NCBI GenBank assembly: GCA_902598405.1
Contig: CACKBQ010000001.1
Coordinates: 1,456 to 65,455, forward strand
Length of the DNA: 64,000 nucleotides
Reading direction: 5' to 3'
Source of the DNA: an uncultured Pelagibacteraceae bacterium
Lineage (GTDB): Bacteria > Pseudomonadota > Alphaproteobacteria > Pelagibacterales > AG-422-B15
Shown: positions 29,325 to 37,798 of the stretch, one piece after another
Numbering within the stretch: position 1 is the first letter of the stretch
Layout: each line of letters begins with the position of its first letter
Translations under genes and position numbers: made by a program
The notes under the pieces: generated by a model
The model's input: the letters and a program-made list of their open reading frames with translations, nothing else
Told to the model about the DNA's origin: nothing
Databases searched by the model: none

Positions 29325-30658
29325 TTTTTTCGTGTAAGATCAATTTGGTATACTGAAAATTTATAAACAGCGGCTGCAAATACATAATTAATTGTTAATA
29401 CAACTAAAAACATTATAGTAAAATTAACTTTCAGATAAAGAACTGCTACTGAAAGTCCGCAAACTGGTAGTATAACCATTCTCATTAAATTAATTACCAT
29501 TTGATAATTTGTTTTTTTAAGCCCTTGAAGTAATGCTGATGATATAAAGAAAATTGGATAGCAGGGTCCTGCAAATGCAGCAATTTTTAAATAAGTGGAT
29601 CCATAAAAAATAATTTCATCATTATCACTAAAAAAATACATTATGTAATCTGATGAAAAAAAAACAAATAGTCCGCAGATACCCATAAATAGAGTGCCAT
29701 AAAAAATTGATCTAGTATATGTTTCACGAATTCTGACAAAATTCATGGCACCAAAATTTTGACCAACTAAAGCAAGAGTTGATGCATTTAAGCCTAATAC
29801 AGGCAATAAAAAAAGTTGTTCAAAGCGAATAGCTGCACCGTACCCGCCAGCGGAGTAATCCCCATAAGTTGAAACATAAAATAATAATACAAAAACTCCT
29901 AAACCAATAAGCATCATTGAAATTGTAGCGGGAATTGTTTGACTCAATATTTCTTTTTGCAAATTATATTTTGGGATAAAACATTCAGGATTTAGAAATT
30001 TTTTTAAATTCGTCTTATTCACTTTTAAAATAATATATATAAGGCCAAAAAGCTGTGAGCACAGTGTTGCTAAAGCTATGCCCTTAATTCCCATTGCAGG
30101 GATAAAATATAATCCATAAATGAATATTGGATTTAAAACTAAATTAAGGAAAAATGTGATTATCAAAACATTTCTCAAAGACTTCGTATCCCCTCTTGAA
30201 ACTAGAAATGAATTAATAGTTAATTGTAAGAAGAATAGAGAAGCACCAAGAAAAATTATATCCATGTAATCTTTTGCATAGAATATAATTTCAGGATTTG
30301 TTTTTAAAAATTTCAGAATAGGTCCGGTTCCATAAATTCCAACCAATGTCACCAAAAATGATATGATTAAACTGGTAAGAATAGCCTGCGCAAGAAGAAG
30401 AGATGCTTTTTTTTCATCATTTTTTCCAATAGCATTAGAAATTAATGCCGTAACGCCTATAGATAAACCTGCCGTAAAACCAATTATTATAAAGTAAATT
30501 GGAAATGATTTTGCAATTGCTGTAATGGCATCAGGTGAAATTAATCCTGCAAATTTAACATCTACTATATTATAGAGAGTTTGAAAAAGTGTTCCAATAC
30601 TTGAAGGTATTGCAATATGCCTTATTAAAGTTGGAATATTATCTTTAGTTAAGTCCAT
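29297..30658 (-). CDS. MATE-family efflux transporter
   Basis: It has 12 TM segments, 453 aa and a MATE-type N-terminal pattern (PSSIGTLFQTLYNIVD). Confidence 0.85.
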   Translation of the reverse strand: MDLTKDNIPTLIRHIAIPSSIGTLFQTLYNIVDVKFAGLISPDAITAIAKSFPIYFIIIGFTAGLSIGVTALISNAIGKNDEKKASLLLAQAILTSLIISFLVTLVGIYGTGPILKFLKTNPEIIFYAKDYMDIIFLGASLFFLQLTINSFLVSRGDTKSLRNVLIITFFLNLVLNPIFIYGLYFIPAMGIKGIALATLCSQLFGLIYIILKVNKTNLKKFLNPECFIPKYNLQKEILSQTIPATISMMLIGLGVFVLLFYVSTYGDYSAGGYGAAIRFEQLFLLPVLGLNASTLALVGQNFGAMNFVRIRETYTRSIFYGTLFMGICGLFVFFSSDYIMYFFSDNDEIIFYGSTYLKIAAFAGPCYPIFFISSALLQGLKKTNYQMVINLMRMVILPVCGLSVAVLYLKVNFTIMFLVVLTINYVFAAAVYKFSVYQIDLTRKNYKPNLDAV

Positions 30659-30850
30659 AAAATCAAGTCATACCTTCTATTTAGATATTAGTATTTTACA
30701 AATATAAACATAAAGTTAATTTAATTATTATTATTAAAACAATTTACTTTTAGCCCATATGTAGCTATAAGATCCGTCTAAAGATTACGTTTTTGTTCCT
30801 TTTTCTGGAGTAATACGAAGTCTAAATTAACTTAAAAAGGAATAATAAAT

Positions 30851-31057
30851 ATGGCTACTGGTACTGTTAAATGGTTTAATCCAAAAAAAGGTTATGGCTT
30901 TATTGCCCCTGAAGAAGGCGATAAAGATATCTTTGTTCACATCACAGCTGTTCAAGCTGCGGGTATGAAAAAATTGGATGAAGGTCAGAAACTATCATAT
31001 GACGCTGAGGAAAAAGATGGAAAAGTCTCAGCAGTTAATTTACAAGCAGCAGAATAA
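30851..31057 (+). CDS. cspA: cold-shock domain protein
   Basis: It starts [15 protein letters not shown], with RNP1/RNP2 motifs (FVHITA). 68 aa. Confidence 0.95.
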   Translation: MATGTVKWFNPKKGYGFIAPEEGDKDIFVHITAVQAAGMKKLDEGQKLSYDAEEKDGKVSAVNLQAAE

Positions 31058-31435
31058 TTAAGCGGCTTTATCTATCATATCTAGCCACATCGTGAATTCA
31101 TCAATGAGTTCACCTGATGGCTGGATGATTTTTACTCTTTTATCTTTAGAACTTACTTGAGTGACAAGTGAGCCTTTACTAATCTCATCGTTTATAAAAT
31201 TTATAATAGTTGCTCTAGATGCAAGGTCTGACATATTCTTCGTCAGATATTCTTTCGTGCACTCAATTTTGTTGATGTTAGAGTCGAAATAAAGTCTCAT
31301 AATTTCGTAACATATTCTAATGCCATAAACCGATCGACGAAAATGGCTGAGACGGCTAAAAACTTTCCTGTCACCCGCACTTTCAAAAACTTTAATCTGT
31401 TTGATAACTTGCTCAAAAATTTTTTCAGTTTTCAT
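31058..31435 (-). CDS. hypothetical protein, possible winged-helix (MarR-like) regulator
   Basis: The likely start is the internal ATG (MKTEKIFEQ...). The C-terminal half (ASRATIINFINDEISKGSLV..DKRVKIIQPS) looks like a recognition helix plus wing. I recognise no confident family. Confidence 0.35.
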   Translation of the reverse strand: MKTEKIFEQVIKQIKVFESAGDRKVFSRLSHFRRSVYGIRICYEIMRLYFDSNINKIECTKEYLTKNMSDLASRATIINFINDEISKGSLVTQVSSKDKRVKIIQPSGELIDEFTMWLDMIDKAA

Positions 31436-31580
31436 AATAAATCTCTTTTTAGGTTTGAATTGTATTATTAAATAGTATGGATAATTATTAATAATAATTA
31501 TTTGCCAGTTTGGCGGCATATAATAAGATATAGATTAATAACCTACTGTTTTTATTGATTTAAATAATTAGCATTTATTA

Positions 31581-31808
31581 ATGAACGAAGAAAATAAAAA
31601 GAAAGTATGGAAACTAATACAAAAAACTGGTGACGAGTTAAAAGGAAAACTACCCGAACACCCATCACATCCAAAAGGTCGTAATCCATACGCCCACATA
31701 GCATTAGAGATTAAGAACCATTTTGGAATGTCTTATAGTGAAATTACAGATGAACGAATACCTGAGCTTGAAAAATTTATATTTTATATTCGTGATAACC
31801 CAAAATAA
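31581..31808 (+). CDS. hypothetical small protein (75 aa)
   Basis: It is an ORF with an ATG start and has no recognisable family. It is divergent from the putative wHTH gene. Confidence 0.4.
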   Translation: MNEENKKKVWKLIQKTGDELKGKLPEHPSHPKGRNPYAHIALEIKNHFGMSYSEITDERIPELEKFIFYIRDNPK

Positions 31809-31815
31809 CGAATTT

Positions 31816-32664
31816 TTAGGGTTTCCACTCTGGTCTTCCAAAAAAAGAAAGAAACTTTTCTTTAGCGGTTGTTGATACTTTGAAATCAGAGATCATTTGT
31901 CCCCAAAACATAAATGTTATTTTGATAGGATTGTATGTTTTGACATTATCCCTAATTCCAAATTTTACAGGCTCAATTTCCTCTGCAAAAGTTCCAAATA
32001 ATCTGTCCCAAATGATTAGTAAGTTGCCATAATTTCTATCTATGTAACACTCGTTGCTTCCATGATGAACCCTGTGTGCAGACGGAGTAACAAAAATATA
32101 TTCCAAGATACCTAATCTTCTAATCCATTGTGTATGCCCAATAACACCCCAGAGCGTTGAGGCTACACCTGCTACAGCTGTGATAATTGGGTCAAACCCA
32201 ACTAATGGCATGAATATAAAAAAGGGTACTTTAGTTATAGGTCCAAACCAGGCCTGTCTCAAAGAAACAGTGAAATTCATTTCTTCACTTGAATGATGAT
32301 TCATATGAACAGCCCACATAAATCGTACTCTGTGAGAGAAGCGATGATACCAGTAGTATACAAAATCAATCATTACAAATGTAGCAAGCCACACAGCCCA
32401 TATTGGAAGGAGATCATTTACTGTGATGAATCTAAATTTATATAGATAAACGTATATTAAAAAAATTGAGCTTTTAGTCAGAAGCCCAATCAAAAAATTT
32501 CCACTCAACAGACCTAGTCCTGCAAAGGTATCACTTAATTTGTAAAAATTTAGTCCCTTCACAGATGAATAAATTACTTCAGCTGTAATAAGCAGTAAAA
32601 CAATTGGTATCCCGTAAGTATATACGTCTAATTCAGTCATAATCTCTATTGAAATATATATCAT
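31816..32664 (-). CDS. fatty-acid hydroxylase / sterol desaturase superfamily membrane enzyme
   Basis: It has three His boxes: HRFSHRV, HMNHHSS and HRVHHG. It is an integral membrane protein. Confidence 0.85.
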   Translation of the reverse strand: MIYISIEIMTELDVYTYGIPIVLLLITAEVIYSSVKGLNFYKLSDTFAGLGLLSGNFLIGLLTKSSIFLIYVYLYKFRFITVNDLLPIWAVWLATFVMIDFVYYWYHRFSHRVRFMWAVHMNHHSSEEMNFTVSLRQAWFGPITKVPFFIFMPLVGFDPIITAVAGVASTLWGVIGHTQWIRRLGILEYIFVTPSAHRVHHGSNECYIDRNYGNLLIIWDRLFGTFAEEIEPVKFGIRDNVKTYNPIKITFMFWGQMISDFKVSTTAKEKFLSFFGRPEWKP

Positions 32665-32684
32665 TAGAATTATTTAGGAAAAGT

Positions 32685-33269
32685 ATGAAAAATATATTCT
32701 TTACAATTTTATTAAGCTTCTGTCTGACTGTTACTGTATTAGCTAAAAATGACGGTGGAGGTGGTAATAGTGGGGGCAATTCAGGAGGCAATTCGGGTGG
32801 AAATTCCGGTGGTAATTCAGGTGGAAATTCCAGTAGTAATTCTGGAGGTAGCTCAAACGGCAATGGAGGAGGAGGTCATTATTCAGGTAGCACTGGATAT
32901 GATAAAGAGCTAAAACGCATCTTGTTTGAAATTGAAAAAAATGAAAACTATGATGGTGCTTTAAAAGACCTTGAAGTTTATGTATACGAAAACCCTCAAA
33001 ATGCAAATGGATGGAATCTGATTGGTTTCGCAAGTAGAAAACTTGGGAAATTTGATGATGCTGAGCTTTATTATAATACAGGTCTAGAGATCGAACCACA
33101 GCATGATGATATACTAGCTTATCAAGGTGAGCTTTATCTACAGACCAATAGATATGAAAAAGCACTTGAAAATTTAGCTATACTTACTGAATTGTGCACG
33201 TTTAATTGCTCAGAAAAAAAAGAATTGGCCGAGGCTATTAAAAATTACGAAACTGAGAATAATTTATAA
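32685..33269 (+). CDS. secreted TPR-repeat protein with a Gly/Asn/Ser repeat linker
   Basis: ATG 32685 follows AGGAAAAG. The signal peptide is MKNIFFTILLSFCLTVTVLA, followed by (GGNS)x6 and then TPR-like helices (GWNLIGFASRKLGKFDDAELYY...). Confidence 0.8.
   Translation: MKNIFFTILLSFCLTVTVLAKNDGGGGNSGGNSGGNSGGNSGGNSGGNSSSNSGGSSNGNGGGGHYSGSTGYDKELKRILFEIEKNENYDGALKDLEVYVYENPQNANGWNLIGFASRKLGKFDDAELYYNTGLEIEPQHDDILAYQGELYLQTNRYEKALENLAILTELCTFNCSEKKELAEAIKNYETENNL
32754..32877 (+). repeat. imperfect 12-nt tandem repeat encoding GGNS units
   Basis: The units are ggt ggt aat agt / ggg ggc aat tca / gga ggc aat tcg / ggt gga aat tcc / ggt ggt aat tca / ggt gga aat tcc / agt agt aat tct ... Confidence 0.9.
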
Positions 33270-33321
33270 CTTGTTGATTTATTTGTCTGGTCAACTAATC
33301 TTTTATAAATAAAGTTTTGTT

Positions 33322-33540
33322 ATGATAAAAGTCTTAGTTTTTTTTGTGCTTGGGGCAGCAACCTTATACTTTATTATACGAGCTCTTGTTAATACAGAGC
33401 CAGGTAAATTATCTCGAGTTATAAAAATAATTATATTTGCAGTTATAATAATTGCAGTTGTTTTTATGTTAACAAGAGGTAACCTTGGGTTTCTTGCTCC
33501 TATTATAGGTCTTGCAAGAAGATTGTTAGTGGGTTTTTAG
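33322..33540 (+). CDS. small membrane protein (72 aa, 2 TM)
   Basis: It has two hydrophobic helices separated by TEPGKLSR. It ends 5 nt before the next gene. Confidence 0.5.
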   Translation: MIKVLVFFVLGAATLYFIIRALVNTEPGKLSRVIKIIIFAVIIIAVVFMLTRGNLGFLAPIIGLARRLLVGF

Positions 33541-33545
33541 ATATA

Positions 33546-35204
33546 ATGTTTAACATTAAAAAAAGTTTTATAATTACTATTTTCTTTTTGTCATCTTTTA
33601 TTTTTTTTACTTCATGCGATAATGATCCAAACCAGTCTGCTGCATTTACCGGAGTACGAGTAATTGATAATTCTTATTCTCCTCCTGTTGTTAGAATAAA
33701 TGAGGGAGGTAAGGTAAGATTTAATAATTGGGGTAATAATCCGCATAATGTTATTGCTGTGGATGAAACTTGGGGTTCATACGAAGAAATACCAAAAGGT
33801 GACTACCTAGATATTACTTATGAATCTGAGGGGTTATACAAATATTTATGTTCATTTCACGCATCGCCTGATGGTGAGTGGGGAATGGTAGGTTCTGTTG
33901 TTGTCGGCGATATTAATTATGAAGATTATACAAACTTTTCAAAAATGGACGTAGTAAAATCTTTCTCTGGGTCTGTGAGAAATGTACCTGACGATTATGA
34001 AACAATTCAAGATGCAGTTAATGCATCAAATCCAGGGGACTTAATTCTTATTAAACCTGGGGTTTACTATGAAGAAGTTGTTGTGAATGTTCCATCAATA
34101 ACAATTCGTGGCTGGGATAGAAATAATACAATAATTGATGGTGAGTTTGAAAGAGGTAACGGAGTTCTTGTTGCAGGTGTCGATGGCGTTGTGATTGAAA
34201 ACATTACTGCACGTAACGCATTGCTCAATGGTTTTTACTGGGCAACAGTTAAGGGTTACAGGGGATCATATTTAACAGCTTACAATAATGGTGACTATGG
34301 TGTTTATGCATTTGACGCAGTTGATGGCGTGTTAGAACATTCGTATGCATCAGGCTCTCCAGACGCAGGCTTTTATATTGGGCAATGCTATCCTTGCGAT
34401 GCAATTGTAAATAATGTTATTTCAGAAAATAATGGGTTAGGTTATTCCGGAACTAATTCAGGAGGCTCCTTATACATTATTAGTTCAGTATTTAGAAATA
34501 ATAAAGGAGGACTAGCGCCTAACACATTAGATTCTGAATTACTACCTCCTGAAAGAGAGACATTTATTATTGGGAATTTAATTGAAAATAATAACAATAA
34601 CGATGCTCCTGCCACAAAATCAACTTACTTATCCTTTGGCAACGGGGTTATCATTGCTGGTGGCAACAATAATATAATTAAAAATAATGTAATTGCTAAT
34701 CATGATCTATACGGCGTTATTCTTACCGCGGCAGCTGATGTGAATTATTGGCCGGCCCATGGAAACAGAGTTGAAGATAATCTAATTTTATCATCTAACA
34801 GGGCAGATATGGCAATTAGTGGCGTATCTAATCTTGGTAATTGTTTTAAAGGAAACTATTTTAATACATCTATACCGCCAGGTTTACAGTCTTTAAATAA
34901 TTGTGACGCAGGGTACATTCCATTAAGTTCAGATCTCTCAGGTATGTGGTCATCGCTTGCAAGAATTATTCATGCGAGTGACGGTGGATATCAACAAGGT
35001 GATTGGAGATCTTTTCCTAAACCTGAAAATCAACCAAATATGCCAATTATGGAAAAGTTGTTAAATCAAGGATATGATAAGAAAAATTTACCTACCTATA
35101 TGATCAGAAAGTCTGTAAAGCCAGCTGTCGAGGTTTTTCAACAATTCGAAGATGTACTGAATGATATTGAATTACCAGAAGAAGCAAGAAACTATTTGAA
35201 CTAA
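33546..35204 (+). CDS. lipoprotein fusing a plastocyanin-like type-1 copper domain to a NosD-like right-handed beta-helix
   Basis: It has the lipobox FFTSC. The cupredoxin ligand pattern is NNPHNVIAVDE ... YLCSFHASPDGEWGMVGSVVV (His, Cys, His, Met). This is followed by VPDDYETIQDAVNASNPGDLILIKPGVYYEEVVVNVPSITIRG and repeated N-x-I/V-x-x-N beta-helix turns. Confidence 0.75.
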   Translation: MFNIKKSFIITIFFLSSFIFFTSCDNDPNQSAAFTGVRVIDNSYSPPVVRINEGGKVRFNNWGNNPHNVIAVDETWGSYEEIPKGDYLDITYESEGLYKYLCSFHASPDGEWGMVGSVVVGDINYEDYTNFSKMDVVKSFSGSVRNVPDDYETIQDAVNASNPGDLILIKPGVYYEEVVVNVPSITIRGWDRNNTIIDGEFERGNGVLVAGVDGVVIENITARNALLNGFYWATVKGYRGSYLTAYNNGDYGVYAFDAVDGVLEHSYASGSPDAGFYIGQCYPCDAIVNNVISENNGLGYSGTNSGGSLYIISSVFRNNKGGLAPNTLDSELLPPERETFIIGNLIENNNNNDAPATKSTYLSFGNGVIIAGGNNNIIKNNVIANHDLYGVILTAAADVNYWPAHGNRVEDNLILSSNRADMAISGVSNLGNCFKGNYFNTSIPPGLQSLNNCDAGYIPLSSDLSGMWSSLARIIHASDGGYQQGDWRSFPKPENQPNMPIMEKLLNQGYDKKNLPTYMIRKSVKPAVEVFQQFEDVLNDIELPEEARNYLN

Positions 35205-35241
35205 TAGTTTTATTGTTTAACCTATTTATAGGAGATTTTAG

Positions 35242-35562
35242 ATGCCAGGTGTTACTTTTTTTCCATTAAATGATGTACCGTTTTTATCATTATTTTTTAA
35301 CTTTTATGGCTACTATCTTCCCATATTTTTATATGCAACTTGGACGTCTACTGCATTATTTGATTTATTTCTTTCAAAATACAGAGGCACGACTGGAAAA
35401 GTAATTTGGACGTTTATTGTCATGTTTATTCCTTTAATCGGCTCATTAATCTATCACCTATTTGCAGCTAGGGAGTTAGATGTCACGATTAGGGCGACTA
35501 TGATCTTTGGCGGTATTGGTATTTTAATAATTGTTTTTCTCTATCTCGGTCTTGCCCTCTAA
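35242..35562 (+). CDS. small membrane protein with PLD-nuclease N-terminal (PLDc_N) type domain
   Basis: KVIWTFIVMFIPLIGSLIYHLF is the characteristic PLDc_N helix pair. 106 aa. Confidence 0.6.
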   Translation: MPGVTFFPLNDVPFLSLFFNFYGYYLPIFLYATWTSTALFDLFLSKYRGTTGKVIWTFIVMFIPLIGSLIYHLFAARELDVTIRATMIFGGIGILIIVFLYLGLAL

Positions 35563-35571
35563 TTTTTCGAA

Positions 35572-36402
35572 GTGATATTTGATTCAAGAATTACCCCAAT
35601 TAGAAGAGATTTAGCATCAACTGCATACAAAGCTATTGTAAAAAGAAAAAAATATGTAACGGCAAAGCTGGCTACAGTTAAAAGTACATTTACTCCACTT
35701 TATTCAAATAAAGGTTCAAAATTAAGCACCCAACTATTGTATGGTGAAGAATGCGATGTTTTTGAAACTAAAAATGGGTGGTCTTGGACTCAGTCTCGAA
35801 GAGATAATTATGTTGGATATACTCCTACTATTAATCTAACGAGAAAAATCTATAAACCTAATTCAAAAGTTATCTCTTTAAGAACAGTTATTTATACTAA
35901 ACCAGATATTAAAAGTGTTACGAAAGGTTACTTAAGTTTTAACTCATTAGTTGAGGTAATTAAAATTAAGGGAAAATATTCGCTTATTAAAAATTTGGGC
36001 TGGTGCCCGAGTCTAGATCTAGTAAAGATTAAAAGTAGTAAATTCAATCATATAGATTTGTCAAAGCAGTACCTAGATACTCCTTATCTGTGGGGCGGAA
36101 GAGACTCAATGGGCATAGACTGTTCAGGGTTAATCCAAAATCTCCATCAGATTAATAATAGGCCTTTTCCAAGGGATACAGATATGCAAGAGATATTTGT
36201 AACAAATGAAGTTAAGTATGAAAAAGATCTCAAAGCGGGAGATCTAGTATTTTGGAAAGGGCACGTTGCAATGATGATTGATAATTCGAATATCATTCAT
36301 GCAAATGCTTATCATATGAAAACAGCGATTGAGCCACTAAGTACAGCGAAGAAAAGAATATTAAAATCAAATGGTAAGATAAAAAAGCTTGGAAGATTGT
36401 AA
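35572..36402 (+). CDS. NlpC/P60-family peptidoglycan peptidase with N-terminal SH3b-like domains
   Basis: It has a GTG start. The catalytic Cys lies in GGRDSMGIDCSGLIQ and the His residues in GHVAMMI..IIHANAY. Confidence 0.8.
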   Translation: MIFDSRITPIRRDLASTAYKAIVKRKKYVTAKLATVKSTFTPLYSNKGSKLSTQLLYGEECDVFETKNGWSWTQSRRDNYVGYTPTINLTRKIYKPNSKVISLRTVIYTKPDIKSVTKGYLSFNSLVEVIKIKGKYSLIKNLGWCPSLDLVKIKSSKFNHIDLSKQYLDTPYLWGGRDSMGIDCSGLIQNLHQINNRPFPRDTDMQEIFVTNEVKYEKDLKAGDLVFWKGHVAMMIDNSNIIHANAYHMKTAIEPLSTAKKRILKSNGKIKKLGRL

Positions 36403-36403
36403 A

Positions 36404-37735
36404 TTAATTGAATGAAAATTTATTTCTAATAAACCAAAGCAAAATCAATGAAGGAATTACCATGATAGCGGTAATTATAAAGAAAATACCCCAATCACCC
36501 TGCAACCAGTCGACTAATGATCCTGATGATGATGCCATTAGTGTTCTTCCAGCTGTTCCAAGCGATGCCAAAAGGGCATATTGAGTTGCGGTATATGTTC
36601 GGTCAACAAGTAGCGAAATAAAGGTCACAAAAGCCACAGTTGCAAAAGCTGCAGCCAAATCATCAAGTAATACCGCGGCAGCAAAGAGTAAAACTGATTT
36701 CTCAGACCATGCCATTACACTAAACATTATGTTTGTAATCGCCATTGCAATTCCTGAAATGAATAGCGCTCTAACCACACCTGATTTTATGGAAAACCAA
36801 CCGCCTAATAATGTAAATACAATTGTTGTTATCCATCCAAGTCCTTTTGAGTAAATTGCAATATCCGATTTTGAAAATCCCATTTCGTCGTAAAATATTA
36901 TGGACATACGTCCCAAAAATGCCTCACCAATTTTAAATAAAAATATGAACCCGATAATCAACAGACTGATGGTTAACCCATTTTTTTTGAAGAAACTAAT
37001 TAGTGGACTTACGATAGTACTTATAAACCAGGCTGAAAATTTATTTAACTTTAAACGATCTTGATCACTCTTTTGAGCAACATGCCTTTTATTCGATAGA
37101 TCTTCTGGAATAAATAAAAGTCCGATATTAAAAAGAAAAATGATTAGGCAAATGAACAGAAAAGTTAATTGCCAATAATTAGCTAAGCCTTGCTGTTCAA
37201 AATAATCAGCAACAAAAAGTGTGAGCATTCCACCTATTTTATAACCCGTCCACCAACCAACCACAGCTATTGATGCGCCAGCTGCCATTGATGCTTTTTC
37301 ATTCTCACCTATTTGCTCAATTCTTAAAGCATCAATTGTTATATCTTGAGATGCCGAGGAAATAGCTATCAATAATCCAATTAAAATAATTAGTTCTAAA
37401 TTTGTAACAGGATTGAGAGTTGTCCAAATAAATAGACATACCAGTATTATTGCTTGTAAAGAAATGATCCACGATTTTCTGTGGCCAATTTTTTGTGTCA
37501 AGAAAGGAATTTTTACACGGTCAATAATTGGAGCCCAAATAAAGTTGATTGCATATACACTAAAAATAAGACCCGCCCATCCAATTGTACTTCTTGATAA
37601 TTCATAGTCTTTAAGCCAAAGTGAAAGAGCACTTCCAATTATCACCCAAGGAAAACCACTAATTGCTCCAAGTAGCAAGATGCGCAGCATTCTATTATCA
37701 AAATAAATTGATAATCCTACATTTTCTCTCGTCAT
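36404..37735 (-). CDS. ampG: AmpG-family muropeptide/MFS permease
   Basis: It starts LRILLLGAISGFPW...LSLWL, has WAPIIDR, 12-14 TM segments and 443 aa. Confidence 0.8.
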   Translation of the reverse strand: MTRENVGLSIYFDNRMLRILLLGAISGFPWVIIGSALSLWLKDYELSRSTIGWAGLIFSVYAINFIWAPIIDRVKIPFLTQKIGHRKSWIISLQAIILVCLFIWTTLNPVTNLELIILIGLLIAISSASQDITIDALRIEQIGENEKASMAAGASIAVVGWWTGYKIGGMLTLFVADYFEQQGLANYWQLTFLFICLIIFLFNIGLLFIPEDLSNKRHVAQKSDQDRLKLNKFSAWFISTIVSPLISFFKKNGLTISLLIIGFIFLFKIGEAFLGRMSIIFYDEMGFSKSDIAIYSKGLGWITTIVFTLLGGWFSIKSGVVRALFISGIAMAITNIMFSVMAWSEKSVLLFAAAVLLDDLAAAFATVAFVTFISLLVDRTYTATQYALLASLGTAGRTLMASSSGSLVDWLQGDWGIFFIITAIMVIPSLILLWFIRNKFSFN

Positions 37736-37798
37736 TAAATATTAGAATAGGTAATAGTGCTAACTAACGTCAATCAATATATTGAAGATTATTTGAAC

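Noticed and set aside
18797-31808. Idea that the tRNA-Ser-proximal stretch (acdS through the orphan small genes) is a horizontally acquired genomic island.
   Set aside because: I found no integrase, transposase or plasmid/phage genes and no direct repeat of the tRNA 3' end. I could see no compositional break beyond the usual higher G+C of conserved enzymes. The content is accessory-like, but island status is unsupported.
32633-33165. ELPPELPP-repeat ORF (32633-32863, minus strand) and the 140-aa ORF 32743-33165 (minus strand).
   Set aside because: They are the reverse-complement reading of the GGNS codon repeat and the TPR gene. The plus-strand gene has a signal peptide, an SD and a TPR fold, so the minus-strand frames are artefacts.
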